A stretch of DNA of 64,000 nucleotides from an uncultured Nitrospiraceae bacterium. GTDB lineage: Bacteria > Nitrospirota > Nitrospiria > Nitrospirales > Nitrospiraceae. Under the pieces are notes generated by a model. The model had not been told where the DNA came from. It searched no databases and saw nothing but the letters and a program-made list of their open reading frames with translations. The position numbers and the translations under genes were made by a program. The first letter of the stretch is position 1. The number at the start of each line of letters is the position of its first letter. Positions 48,503 to 60,700 of this stretch are shown here, piece by piece. The stretch covers positions 1 to 64,000 of the forward strand of contig CAVSTP010000002.1 of NCBI GenBank assembly GCA_963730935.1. Direction: 5' to 3'.

Positions 48503-48712
48503 CACCCACCCACCCCGACGCGCCGAGACGCGTCGTTCACCGTGGAGGCCGCAGCGAGCGAGAAACCGAGGAGGTACATACCAAGCTTCGCGTGAGTCGC
48601 TCGCTATGATCATATGCGAGCGGAGAGTTACTTTGCCTCCAGTAAGCTTGCATAGGAGGTTGAGGGGAACGAGCGACCGAGAACGAAGTTGGAGACTGTC
48701 TTCAACGTCCGA
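48503..48712. repeat. composite repeat, copy D (MITE core with ~80-nt internal insert and a different left end)
   Basis: GAGGCCGCAGCGAGCGAG..CGAGGAGGTAC-[insert]-GAGCGACCGAGAACGAAG..TTCAACGTCC; abuts the ccsA stop. Confidence 0.7.
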
Positions 48713-49627
48713 CTAGGCATAGGCATGCAGTCCGGACAACAAGAAATTCACACCCCAGAAGCAGAAGATGACCATCAAAAAGCCGAACACCGCATAGATC
48801 GCCGCGCGACGGCCTTCCCATCCCCGGGTCATGCGCGCATGAATGTAGGCGCCATAGATCAACCACACGATCAGCGACCACGTTTCTTTGGGATCCCAAC
48901 TCCAGTAGCCGCCCCATGCGTAATTCGCCCACATGGCGCCGAGGATGATGCCGAAGGCGAGCATTGGAAACCCAATCATAATGGCTTTATAGCCCAGTTC
49001 GTCGATCGTCTCGAGATCGGGAAAGGCAGCGTAGAACCGCGAGCGGCTGCCCCGCTGTTCGGCTCGCTCCTTAAATAGGTACATGACTCCCAAGCCTCCG
49101 GCCATCGCGAATGCTGCATAGCTGGTCAGCGTGACCGAGACGTGAATGTAAATCCAGTAGCTATTGAGCGCGGGTACGAGCGGTTCCGCCGTCTGATAGC
49201 GATACGGTAGGAGTGAGGCGGCGCCCATGGCGATGAATCCGATCCCGACGACGAATGCGCCGATCGCTTTGATCTTGTATCGCAGTTCCAGTAGCACATA
49301 CCCGAGGATGATGGCCCAGGACACGTAGGCCATCGCTTCGAACTGATTCGACCAGGGCGCAAAGGTTCCGGAGTGCTCCAGCCGCTCGAACGCGCGAGTG
49401 AGCAAGGCGGACGTATTGACCACCCACCCAAACACCGTCACCAGCGTGGCTACCTGACCCAACTGCATAGCCCAGGCCCCGTCCCGCTCGTCGAAGTCTT
49501 CCGACGGATGTCCGGCCGGCGCCAAGGCCATGGCAGGACGGCGGGCGAACAGATAGGCGATGTAGAGAGTCAGGGAAGCGAGGTAGAGCCAGAACGTCAT
49601 GTCGAAGAGAAACAGTGAACGGGCCAT
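48713..49627 (-). CDS. ccsA: System II cytochrome c synthase subunit CcsA/ResC
   Basis: 'PALNSYW..IHV', WWD domain 'GAMWANYAWGGYWSWDPKETW', 'GLHAY'. Confidence 0.95.
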   Translation of the reverse strand: MARSLFLFDMTFWLYLASLTLYIAYLFARRPAMALAPAGHPSEDFDERDGAWAMQLGQVATLVTVFGWVVNTSALLTRAFERLEHSGTFAPWSNQFEAMAYVSWAIILGYVLLELRYKIKAIGAFVVGIGFIAMGAASLLPYRYQTAEPLVPALNSYWIYIHVSVTLTSYAAFAMAGGLGVMYLFKERAEQRGSRSRFYAAFPDLETIDELGYKAIMIGFPMLAFGIILGAMWANYAWGGYWSWDPKETWSLIVWLIYGAYIHARMTRGWEGRRAAIYAVFGFLMVIFCFWGVNFLLSGLHAYA

Positions 49628-49731
49628 CGTATCCTCCGTCGTTCGCGTCGGGTGTCGTCGAACCCGTCTATCATACCCAAGATCGGTGCCTTTTGGCCAC
49701 TGGCTGGGCTGTCGGTCCGGCGTTGCTTGAG

Positions 49732-49767
49732 GAACGGCGCGTCTCGGCACGCCGGGGTGGGCGGGTG
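49732..49767. repeat. inverted copy of the 36-nt segment at 48503-48538
   Basis: 32/36 identity as reverse complement. Confidence 0.75.
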
Positions 49768-49795
49768 AGAACCACAGCTTTTTGAACCGCCCGAA

Positions 49796-51229
49796 TCAAG
49801 CCGAGAACGTCCGTATTTTTTCCGAGAGCTTGCGGAATTCCTTTTGAAAATCAATCTGGCTCTTGTGCGTGGTCCCACCGACGTGCACGGTCACCCCCTC
49901 AGCCGATGGGATGATCTTTGTCCAGAGCCGGCGATGGTAAATGAACGAGGAGAGGGTAATGCCCACGACGATCATCGTGGAACCGATCCAGACGATGTTG
50001 ATGCCGGGGTTCTTGGCAATCTGAAGCCCCGTATACTTTTTCGGCTTGTACCCGATCAACTCAAATTGATATTTGGAATCTTTGATTTCGAACAAGTCGG
50101 GGAATTGATAGAAAATCCAGGGCGTCGCCTGCACGGTGCTCCGTTCGTTGACCGTCAGTTTGATCGCCGGGTTCGCATGCTCGATGGTCTTTGAATACAC
50201 CTTTTTCTCGGTCGAATTGAATGCAAAATCCGCGACAAAGTCGGTAATCGCCAGCTTGAGATTCAACTCCGACAGCGTTTGCTCTTTTTGCCACTCCAGA
50301 TCAATGGTCTTGACGACCTTCTCGGTCTCTTTGTCCTTGATGTTGATGCGAGCCACTTCGATTTGGTCCCACGCGTCACCGTAGCTCGATTGGTAAAACC
50401 AAATGCCCTTGTAGACCAACGGATCATTGACGGTGATCGTCTTCGTCATCTTCGACTCGCCGCCCTCGAGCACCATGAGCGTACTGTTGTAGCTCTTGAC
50501 CGCCCCGTTCTCATGATAATCGATCCAGAACTTCTCCACCTTCAGATCGAAGTTGCCGCGTGGGATGTGATAGGTCTGCCCCTCCAGGCAGACGCCGAAT
50601 TCCTGGAATCCATAGTAGCTGCCGAGCAGACCGCCGAGCACGATGACGGTCGCGCTGAGGTGAGCCATGTGCGCGCCGACCCTTCCCATCACGCCCTTCG
50701 TGGCGTACAGCGTCACTTCACCGCCCTCGTTTTTGGCGAGCACGCGATAGCCTTTGGCGACGTAGTGTTGTGCCATCTGCTGGGCGATCGATTCCTTGGT
50801 GCCGGGTAAGGTCACTTCGATTTGTTGCTTCATCCCCTTGATGAAGGCAAGCGACACACTGACCTTGTCCTGTTTCATCGACCGCCAGACGGCCGGAAAC
50901 CGCTTGTAGAAACACGTGAGCGAATTGACGCACAGGAGCCCGAGAAGACTGGTGAACCACCAGGTGTGGTAGACGTCGGTGAAGCCCAGACGCAGAAACC
51001 AGCGGTAGGCCTCCTCTCCGTATTCCTGAATGTAGGTTTCGGGGCGCTCGCCCTGTTGGATGACCGTTCCGATAGTTGCGGTAATCGCAATAAATAAGAA
51101 GAGGAACATGGCCAGCTTGATCGAGGCGAAGAACTCGACCAACTCGCGCGAAAACTCCTCCCACCCCACACCGGGGGCGGGGGTACGAGGGGTATCCTGT
51201 TCGGTGAGTGTTTCCTGCCGGCTGTTCAT
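49796..51229 (-). CDS. resB: System II cytochrome c biogenesis protein Ccs1/ResB
   Basis: 'SIKLA..L......IGTVI.Q', 'YHTWWF..LL.LL..N...C', 'VNDPL.YKG..FYQSSY', 'TGLQI.K.PG'. Confidence 0.92.
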   Translation of the reverse strand: MNSRQETLTEQDTPRTPAPGVGWEEFSRELVEFFASIKLAMFLFLFIAITATIGTVIQQGERPETYIQEYGEEAYRWFLRLGFTDVYHTWWFTSLLGLLCVNSLTCFYKRFPAVWRSMKQDKVSVSLAFIKGMKQQIEVTLPGTKESIAQQMAQHYVAKGYRVLAKNEGGEVTLYATKGVMGRVGAHMAHLSATVIVLGGLLGSYYGFQEFGVCLEGQTYHIPRGNFDLKVEKFWIDYHENGAVKSYNSTLMVLEGGESKMTKTITVNDPLVYKGIWFYQSSYGDAWDQIEVARINIKDKETEKVVKTIDLEWQKEQTLSELNLKLAITDFVADFAFNSTEKKVYSKTIEHANPAIKLTVNERSTVQATPWIFYQFPDLFEIKDSKYQFELIGYKPKKYTGLQIAKNPGINIVWIGSTMIVVGITLSSFIYHRRLWTKIIPSAEGVTVHVGGTTHKSQIDFQKEFRKLSEKIRTFSA

Positions 51230-51390
51230 GCGGGTGACGTTTTTTGTTCCATAATCAGACACACAACCCTTACGGCCCTGGAACGCGGCAGATGGGGCGA
51301 GGGTCGGTCGTGCGCTGGAAGGCGATCCCTTTATCCGGACAGTACGTGATCCTGGCCGCAGATCGGGAGGAATTTCCTCGAAAGCAAGGC

Positions 51391-51497
51391 ATCTTACAAG
51401 CGCCGGAAAAGGGCTGTCAAGCAAAGCAACCGCGGGCCGAGATCGCAGCCCCCCTCCTTTAGAAGGAATAGACAAAACAGGTGATTATCGCTATGAT
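51391..51497. promoter_or_regulatory. divergent sigma70 promoters resB (-) / metK (+)
   Basis: (-) TTGACA-18-TAAGAT at 51420-51391; (+) TAGACA-17-TATGAT at 51469-51497. Confidence 0.6.
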
Positions 51498-51596
51498 CTG
51501 CCTCGTTTCCACATCGGAGCTTCCTTCTCACACAGGGCCCTTCCCCCTACTGAGATCGAGCAACCATCGCCTTCTGAACTTTTTTGAGGAGCGTCA

Positions 51597-54120
<2,524 letters not shown>

Positions 54121-54280
54121 TCGCGGGTGCGCACACGCCTCGCGCGGGTTCTGTCGGCGATCATCGCTCGTCCTCGCACCCCGCCCGGCGTAGGACCCCG
54201 CTGCGGGCGAGCGATTGCGAGGAAACCGATACCTCAGCAACCAGCCGTTGGGTAGCACCATTCTCCAGTCTGCTCGTGTG

Positions 54281-54318
54281 AAAACAAAGGCTGCCTCAAT
54301 TGAGGCAGCCTTTGTTTT
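54281..54318. terminator. perfect 38-bp palindrome, bidirectional terminator-like
   Basis: AAAACAAAGGCTGCCTCAATTGAGGCAGCCTTTGTTTT. Confidence 0.75.
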
Positions 54319-54470
54319 TCAGCAAGAGCAGAAACCCAGCGCCGCTCCGTTGCTCGATTCAAGAATCATCCCCGCCGTGTTCCAACCCCTGTCAAAACGT
54401 CGATTTTCTTTCCGGATCAGCCCACACGTGCTAGTGTGGTTCCGTCAGTCTCACTATGGGAGGGACCGCC

Positions 54471-54839
54471 ATGCTGGACATCATTCTCGTCGCCGCTGCC
54501 ATGTACGTGTGCCCTGGAGATGTGTATACGGACGTGCCGCGGCCAGGGTGCAGAGCGCTTCAGGAGTCCGGCAAGGAAGGCTTCAGCACGATTCCGGAGG
54601 CGCCTGAATTCGACTCGAAATCCTCCGTCTCGACCGGCGAAGGTGGGAAAGTCGCGAAGGACGAGCAACCCCGGCTTCCGGCCGCTTCAGCTGAAGAATG
54701 CGCGAGGTACGAAGAATGGGTCAAACTTTCTACGAAATCGAGCAGCATCGGAGCACGTGATCTTTCACCGTCCGAGTTCGAACGATGGACCAATCTCAAG
54801 CAGGTCTTTGGCAACAGTCCGCCTCCCAACTGCCGGTAG
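54471..54839 (+). CDS. small Cys-containing hypothetical, probably exported (DUF4124-like N-terminus)
   Basis: GGGAGG RBS; 'MYVC...VYTD.P..GC'. Confidence 0.55.
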   Translation: MLDIILVAAAMYVCPGDVYTDVPRPGCRALQESGKEGFSTIPEAPEFDSKSSVSTGEGGKVAKDEQPRLPAASAEECARYEEWVKLSTKSSSIGARDLSPSEFERWTNLKQVFGNSPPPNCR

Positions 54840-54919
54840 CCATTCCTTCTTCAGTTGACCGGTCACCAAGTGTGTTAGAGTGGGGCTAGCAGCCCAGGTT
54901 TCTGACCGGAGCCTCTCTT

Positions 54920-56119
54920 ATGAGGTCGACGTTCCGTCCTCTGTCGCTCTCAGATTTCGAGATTTCTCCCGAACAAGGTTTTCTTCCTCAGGATCCTCGC
55001 GAGGAGGTCGCCGACTGTGCGCCGCTGAACGAGCTGGGCCACGCGTTGCCGAAGCTGTTGAGCGCCCATATGGTCAGGCCGTTTATCGACGGGCAGCGTT
55101 CTCTCCTCCCATCCATTCCCTCCTCCTGGCAGGAACAGGACTATCGGGCAGCCATGCGGATTCTCTCCTTCGCAGGTCACGCCTACGTCTGGGAATCGCC
55201 TGATCAGCCGGCAGCCTTACTCCCAGCCCAATTGGCACAACCCTGGTATGAGGTGGCTCAGCGGCTCGGCCGGCCACCGGTGCTTTCCTATGCTTCATAC
55301 GCACTCGACAACTGGCGCCGCCTCGAGGCTTCGAAGCCGATTGCACTCGACAACATTGTGCTCTTGCAAAACTTTCTGGGCGGTCTGGATGAGGAATGGT
55401 TCGTGGTGGTTCATGTTCAGATCGAACGTCAGGCCGGCTCCGGCCTGGCCGGATTGGTTCAGGCCATGAACGGCGCCGGGCTCGATCGTGGAGCCGACGT
55501 GCTGATAGGCCTCCGCGCGCTGGCCTCCGCACAAACCGAGATGCGGGACACGTTGCTTCGCATGAAAGAACGTTGCGATCCCTATGTCTACTACACGCGC
55601 GTCCGTCCCTATATTCATGGCTGGAAGAACAGCCCCACGTTGACTGACGGCCTCTTCTACGGCGGCGTGACGGCGTATGGCGGGCGGCCGCAACCATTTC
55701 GCGGGGAAACCGGCGCCCAGAGTTCAATTGTGCCTTGTCTCGATGCAGGACTGGGCATCAGTCACGCTCCGGATCCCCTGACCGTCTATCTGCAGGAAAT
55801 GCGGGACTATATGCCGCCTCGCCATCGGGCGTTTCTCCACAGCCTCGGACAAACCGTGGATGATCGCGGCCGGCCGTTGCTTTCAGGCTACGTTCGGGAC
55901 CGAAAAGCACAGAGCCCTGACCTCTGGGCCGCCTTTTGTGGCTGCGTCGACCTGCTGGCCCAATTCCGCGAGATCCATATCGGTTACGCCGACAGCTATA
56001 TCCATCGGCAGCATCAGTCGCATGAGAGCAATCCGACGGCTGTCGGGACCGGCGGCACGCCCTTCATGGCCTACCTTCAAAAGCACCTGGATGAAACGAA
56101 GCAGGCGATTGAGGGATAG
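54920..56119 (+). CDS. indoleamine 2,3-dioxygenase family heme protein
   Basis: 'GFLP', 'HAYVW', 'LGRPPVLSYA....NW', 'DEEWF..VH', 'GETGAQSS', 'MRDYMP..HR', proximal 'FREIH', 'GTGGT'. Confidence 0.88.
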   Translation: MRSTFRPLSLSDFEISPEQGFLPQDPREEVADCAPLNELGHALPKLLSAHMVRPFIDGQRSLLPSIPSSWQEQDYRAAMRILSFAGHAYVWESPDQPAALLPAQLAQPWYEVAQRLGRPPVLSYASYALDNWRRLEASKPIALDNIVLLQNFLGGLDEEWFVVVHVQIERQAGSGLAGLVQAMNGAGLDRGADVLIGLRALASAQTEMRDTLLRMKERCDPYVYYTRVRPYIHGWKNSPTLTDGLFYGGVTAYGGRPQPFRGETGAQSSIVPCLDAGLGISHAPDPLTVYLQEMRDYMPPRHRAFLHSLGQTVDDRGRPLLSGYVRDRKAQSPDLWAAFCGCVDLLAQFREIHIGYADSYIHRQHQSHESNPTAVGTGGTPFMAYLQKHLDETKQAIEG

Positions 56120-56287
56120 CGCCGCAGCGGGGCTATCACACACGAGGAATTACCGTTTCTTCGATGTAGCGGCGAATGCGGGACTCCGCATCTTCACCTG
56201 TGTGCTTGGAATGTTATTTCGGCCGGTTGGTTTTGAAAACCCTGATGCCAAGATCGTCCAGACGGGGCGTGATGCTGGGCTATACGT

Positions 56288-57280
56288 TCAAGGAGTCGGG
56301 CCTTTGCTGTTTTCGAGCGCCGGGAGAGCGGATTTTGCCCACGACAGGGCCGGTAACGTGAACCTCTGGGGCCGCCGGACGACTTCCGCACCGATAATCA
56401 CCATGATCCCACCGAGCACCGTGCTAAGACCCAAAGGCTCGCCCATACACACATAGGCCAGCAGCACCGTACAGACCGGAATGAGGTTGTGGTAGGTCCC
56501 GACCGTCGCCGGTGAGAGAGACTGTAGCGACCGGCAACGCAGCAGAAAGACCGCCGCCGTTGCGCATCCGACATAGAGTACCAACAGCATGATGAGCGGC
56601 GAGGCCTCCTCCTGAACGGCGCCGGACCACGGCATAGCCCCGAACAACAGCAACAGGGAACTACTGCCGAACATCACGGTGTTCGAGACCATCACGCCAA
56701 AACGCTTGACGATGCTGGAGCTGAACACAATGTGCGCCGACATCATGACCGTGAAGAGCAGCACAAACAGATCGCCCCAACGGACACCGGCCTCTCCGTC
56801 GGGAGCGGCAAAGCAGATGGCAACGACACAGCCGCCCAGCGAGAACAGGATGCCCAGGCATTTCGGGACCGTCATCCGATCATGGCCGGAGAGCACACTC
56901 AAAGCCGTTGTGCATGAGGGTAGAAGCCCATAAATCAGCGCATAGTGCACCACGCTGGTATGCATGAGGCCCCACGCCGCAATCGTGTACGAGAACACTC
57001 CGAGAAAGCCCATGAATCCCAGTCGCAAGAGACCAGCGGCAGACAGCGACATCAGCCCCCGCCGGTCCCACAGCCAAGTGATGGTCAGTAGGAACAGGAA
57101 GCCGATCGTAACCCTAAAACTGGCTAATCCGATCGGGTGCAGATGACTATGTTGAAAGACGTACTTGATGACGGGGGTGACCGAGCTCAAGAGCAAGACC
57201 ACGCCGGCGAGGCAAAAGAGAGGGACGACGGGGGTCGCGTGCGTCGACAGACCCTTCTCCGTTTCCAGCCCCGTACTCAT
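56288..57280 (-). CDS. DMT/EamA family transporter
   Basis: 10 TM segments in two EamA repeats; 'GEPLG...LGG'. Confidence 0.88.
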   Translation of the reverse strand: MSTGLETEKGLSTHATPVVPLFCLAGVVLLLSSVTPVIKYVFQHSHLHPIGLASFRVTIGFLFLLTITWLWDRRGLMSLSAAGLLRLGFMGFLGVFSYTIAAWGLMHTSVVHYALIYGLLPSCTTALSVLSGHDRMTVPKCLGILFSLGGCVVAICFAAPDGEAGVRWGDLFVLLFTVMMSAHIVFSSSIVKRFGVMVSNTVMFGSSSLLLLFGAMPWSGAVQEEASPLIMLLVLYVGCATAAVFLLRCRSLQSLSPATVGTYHNLIPVCTVLLAYVCMGEPLGLSTVLGGIMVIIGAEVVRRPQRFTLPALSWAKSALPALENSKGPTP

Positions 57281-57283
57281 CGA

Positions 57284-57607
57284 TCAAAATCCGGACATGT
57301 TCAGGGCGTTCAACTGCTCGATGAAGCTGGAAAGCCGGTTCTGCTGGTCTGGATCCATATGGACGATCGCAGCCCCCATATGGGGTGGCCGACGATTCGT
57401 GACCTGAATCGCGCACGCAAGCACTTCCGATTCGGTCAGCGGGAACTCCAGATACAGCTCTTCCCCTTGGTGGAACGTTCCCTCGATCCGCAGTCGGACC
57501 CCTTTCTCGGTCACATCGATGACGTTGCAAAGAAAGGTGTCGTCGCCTCGCCGGACATGGCCGGTTCGATCGATCGTGATACGATAGAACTGTCGTTGCT
57601 CCGACAT
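57284..57607 (-). CDS. PilZ domain (c-di-GMP receptor) protein
   Basis: RQFYR (RxxxR) and DVTEKG (DxS/TxxG); start uncertain. Confidence 0.8.
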   Translation of the reverse strand: MSEQRQFYRITIDRTGHVRRGDDTFLCNVIDVTEKGVRLRIEGTFHQGEELYLEFPLTESEVLACAIQVTNRRPPHMGAAIVHMDPDQQNRLSSFIEQLNALNMSGF

Positions 57608-57746
57608 GGCGCTGTCCATTTTCTCAGGCGTCGGGGTGGAGTCGTGGTTCAAGTATAGCAGCCGATTTCACGGGCACCCGCTTTTCTTCAAAAGGGCTCT
57701 CACCGACCCTCCCCTACCTCGAGAAGCGGTCTCCCCTGCGTGGTTG

Positions 57747-57775
57747 TTGACTCGGCCTGCGAAGCGGCGTATCGT
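57747..57775 (+). promoter_or_regulatory. sigma70-like promoter for the small peptide / VIT1 genes
   Basis: TTGACT-17-TATCGT. Confidence 0.5.
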
Positions 57776-57803
57776 TTTGCATTCAGGAAGGAGAACACAC
57801 ACG

Positions 57804-57929
57804 ATGTCAGTCATGTGTTCCCTCGCGGCCTGCAAGGCCCAAACCGGAATGTGCGGGCATGAAAAGGCGATGCTCAGTGTCGCCGTGCTCGCGGCAATTG
57901 GATTGGGCGCCTATTTCTTGATGAGCTGA
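57804..57929 (+). CDS. 41-aa Cys/His-rich membrane-anchored small protein
   Basis: AAGGAG RBS; MSVMCSLAACKAQTGMCGHEK followed by a hydrophobic helix. Confidence 0.6.
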   Translation: MSVMCSLAACKAQTGMCGHEKAMLSVAVLAAIGLGAYFLMS

Positions 57930-57975
57930 CGGCGGGCCTCAGCAGCACTCGGTCCACTGCTTATGGGGGTGGTGT

Positions 57976-58962
57976 GTGCCCTCCTCCACGCCTTCTCTCA
58001 TCGGTCATCCCTCGCTTTCGAATCCCCGGCTCGCCCGGACGCTCGTTCTGGATGAACTGTTCGACTTGTCCCTCTACAAGGCCTTGCGGCAGGTCACCGA
58101 TTCCGAGGTCCATCCTACCCTCGATGAGCTGATCACGGTCGAAGCAGGCCACCTGGCGTTTTGGAAACACTTTTTCGGACTGACACTCGAGGAACTGAAT
58201 CTCGGGCGCCGGCTCAAATTGTCTCTCATCATGTTCGTGTGCAAGCTCTTTGGCTCAATCGCCGTGCATCTGGTGCTCGAGGCGATCGAGGTTCATGGCG
58301 TCCGCAAGTACCTCGCGCTCTGGAGCGAATACCAGGGCCAGCCTCTCGGAGAGGCGTTGCGGGGCATCCTTATGGACGAATTCAAGCACGAGGACGTGCT
58401 CGTCACGGCGCTGACCAATCGGAAGATCAATGCGGAGAAAATCCGCAACATCTTTCTCGGATTGAACGATGGGCTCGTCGAGATTCTCGGCGCGGTGAGC
58501 GGCTTTTTCGGCGCGTTCGGCGAGGCCACCATGGTGCTGATTGCGGCATCAACGACCGCCGTGGCCGGTGCCCTGTCGATGGCCGCCGGCGCCTTCCTTG
58601 CGCTGAACAGCGAAAAAGAAGTAAAGACGACCGAGATCGCCAAAAAAATCTTCCTGGGCGAGGCCTCTGAGGTCGTTCCGATGGAAGAATCGCCGATCGG
58701 ATCGGCCCTGGTCGTCGGAACGGCCTACATCGCAGGCGCGATCGTCCCGGTCCTCCCCGTGATCTTTGGTGCGACAAGCGCGCTCTTTTCCGTACTCACC
58801 GCGGGTCTGATGGTGATTGTCGTGTCGACGATTCTTTCGTTCTTGTCTGGAATGGACGTTACCCGACGCATTCTCCTCAATCTCGCCATGATCACCATCG
58901 CCGTCAGTGTCACCTACGGCATCGGGGTGTTCGCCAAGCACCTCTGGGGTATTGCCCTGTAA
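57976..58962 (+). CDS. ferritin-like/rubrerythrin + VIT1/CCC1 fusion (MbfA-like iron exporter)
   Basis: ExxH motifs EAGH and EFKH; 'IRNIFLGLNDGLV', 'AGALSMAAGAFL...SE.E'. Confidence 0.85.
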   Translation: MPSSTPSLIGHPSLSNPRLARTLVLDELFDLSLYKALRQVTDSEVHPTLDELITVEAGHLAFWKHFFGLTLEELNLGRRLKLSLIMFVCKLFGSIAVHLVLEAIEVHGVRKYLALWSEYQGQPLGEALRGILMDEFKHEDVLVTALTNRKINAEKIRNIFLGLNDGLVEILGAVSGFFGAFGEATMVLIAASTTAVAGALSMAAGAFLALNSEKEVKTTEIAKKIFLGEASEVVPMEESPIGSALVVGTAYIAGAIVPVLPVIFGATSALFSVLTAGLMVIVVSTILSFLSGMDVTRRILLNLAMITIAVSVTYGIGVFAKHLWGIAL

Positions 58963-59021
58963 ACGACCCTGCTGACACCTCGATACAATAGACTCCGCGA
59001 GACTCCGCGGAGAGGTGATCA

Positions 59022-59768
59022 ATGGCACAGGCGTATATCGGGCTTTCCGGCTATTCGTATAAGCCATGGCAAGGACCGGGCAGGTTTTATCCACCGACGC
59101 TGAAGCAGGCCGGCTTTCTCGGGTATTACGCGACGCGCTACGATACGGTGGAATTGGACGGGGTCTGGTATCGCCTCCCTTCAGAGAAAGCGGTGGTCGA
59201 TTGGCTGGCCGCGACCCCACCCCACTTTATCTTTGCCCCGAAAGTGCACCGACAGATTAGCCATCGCTCCCGGCTCAAACCTGAGGGCTACGACTTCGTT
59301 CGCGTCATGTTGGGCAGGCTGAGTGCGCTGGTATCGGCCAAACGGCTCGGGCCGCTCCTCATCCAATTGCCGCCGAACTTGATGCGTGACGACGACCGGC
59401 TTTCAGCCTTTCTGGAACAGCTTCCGGCAAGCGTGCAGTGGGCGATCGAGTTTCGTCATGATTCCTGGCATGACACGGCTGTCGAAGCTCTGCTTCGACG
59501 GTTTAATGTTTCCTGGGTCGCGGCGGATACCGACGAGCGCCTAGCCGAATGCAGGGACACGGCTAATTTCTGGTATGTGCGGCTGCGCCGAAGCGCCTAC
59601 GATGAAGGAGATCTCGCGAAGTGGGCCGCCAAGTTCCGAAAGATGGTCGACGAGGGAAAGAGCTGCTACGTCTACTGCAAGCACGAGGATGAAGGCTCAC
59701 CCTGGGTCTGGGCAGACCGACTGCGGGAACTCTGCACCATCGAGAGCGCTGGTGAGAGGGTCGCTTAA
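59022..59768 (+). CDS. DUF72 family protein
   Basis: 'IG.SGYSY..W...FYP', 'LIQLPP', 'EFRH.SW', 'YVRL'. Confidence 0.9.
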   Translation: MAQAYIGLSGYSYKPWQGPGRFYPPTLKQAGFLGYYATRYDTVELDGVWYRLPSEKAVVDWLAATPPHFIFAPKVHRQISHRSRLKPEGYDFVRVMLGRLSALVSAKRLGPLLIQLPPNLMRDDDRLSAFLEQLPASVQWAIEFRHDSWHDTAVEALLRRFNVSWVAADTDERLAECRDTANFWYVRLRRSAYDEGDLAKWAAKFRKMVDEGKSCYVYCKHEDEGSPWVWADRLRELCTIESAGERVA

Positions 59769-60637
59769 CGGCCAAGAGCTTTCTTAACGGCGTTGCCGAT
59801 TTCGGCCGGGTTTTTCACAACGCGCACCCCGGCCGCCTCGAGTGCTTTCATCTTTTCGCTGGCGGTCCCTTTGCCGCCCGAGATGATCGCGCCGGCATGG
59901 CCCATGCGGCGTCCCGGAGGGGCAGTAATGCCGGCGATAAAGCTGACTACCGGCTTCTTGACATGCCGCTTGATGAACTCCGCCGCCTTCTCTTCCGCAT
60001 CCCCGCCGATTTCACCGATCATGACGATAGCCTGGGTTTCCGGGTCCTTTTCGAACAGGGGCAGCACATCCACAAAGCCGGTTCCGTTCACCGGATCACC
60101 GCCGATACCCACGCACGTCGTTTCGCCTAAGCCAAGCGTCGAAAGTTGATGCACGGCTTCATAGGTGAGGGTGCCGCTGCGTGAGACGACGCCGACGATG
60201 CCCTTTTTGTGGATGAACCCAGGCATGATGCCGATTTTCGCCTCATCCACGGTGATCACGCCCGGGCAATTGGGCCCGATCAACCGGACGTCGCGGCCCC
60301 GTAGCGCCCGCTTCACCTTGACCATGTCGTTGACCGGTATGCCTTCGGTGATGCAGATGACCAGCTTGATTCCCGCATCGGCAGCTTCGAGAATGGCATC
60401 GGCGCAAAATGGCGGAGGCACAAAGATCAGCGACGTGTCGCACTCGGTCTTCTTGACAGCATCGGCCACCGTGTTGAACACGGGGATGCCCTCGACCTCT
60501 TGCCCGGCCTTTCCGGGTGTGACCCCGGCGACGATCTTCGTTCCATAGGCCTTACACTGGGTCGCATGGAACGAACCTTCCTTACCCGTAATCCCCTGCA
60601 CCACCACACGCGTATTCTTATTGACGAGAATGCTCAT
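59765..60637 (-). CDS. sucD: succinyl-CoA ligase alpha subunit
   Basis: 'QGITG', 'GPNCPG', 'SRSGTLTYE', 'RMGHAGAI'. Confidence 0.97.
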   Translation of the reverse strand: MSILVNKNTRVVVQGITGKEGSFHATQCKAYGTKIVAGVTPGKAGQEVEGIPVFNTVADAVKKTECDTSLIFVPPPFCADAILEAADAGIKLVICITEGIPVNDMVKVKRALRGRDVRLIGPNCPGVITVDEAKIGIMPGFIHKKGIVGVVSRSGTLTYEAVHQLSTLGLGETTCVGIGGDPVNGTGFVDVLPLFEKDPETQAIVMIGEIGGDAEEKAAEFIKRHVKKPVVSFIAGITAPPGRRMGHAGAIISGGKGTASEKMKALEAAGVRVVKNPAEIGNAVKKALGR

Positions 60638-60700
60638 CGCTCACCCCAAGAAAGTTATTGCACGCTATTAATCGATCCCCAACATTTCTTTCCCTACCTG

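Noticed and set aside
43298..48712. CRISPR array interpretation of the repeats
   Set aside because: Copies are ~125 nt, dispersed and divergent, with no regular spacers and no cas genes
51498..51596. SAM/SAH riboswitch upstream of metK
   Set aside because: No SAM-I/II or SAH consensus; GAGGAGCG here is simply the RBS
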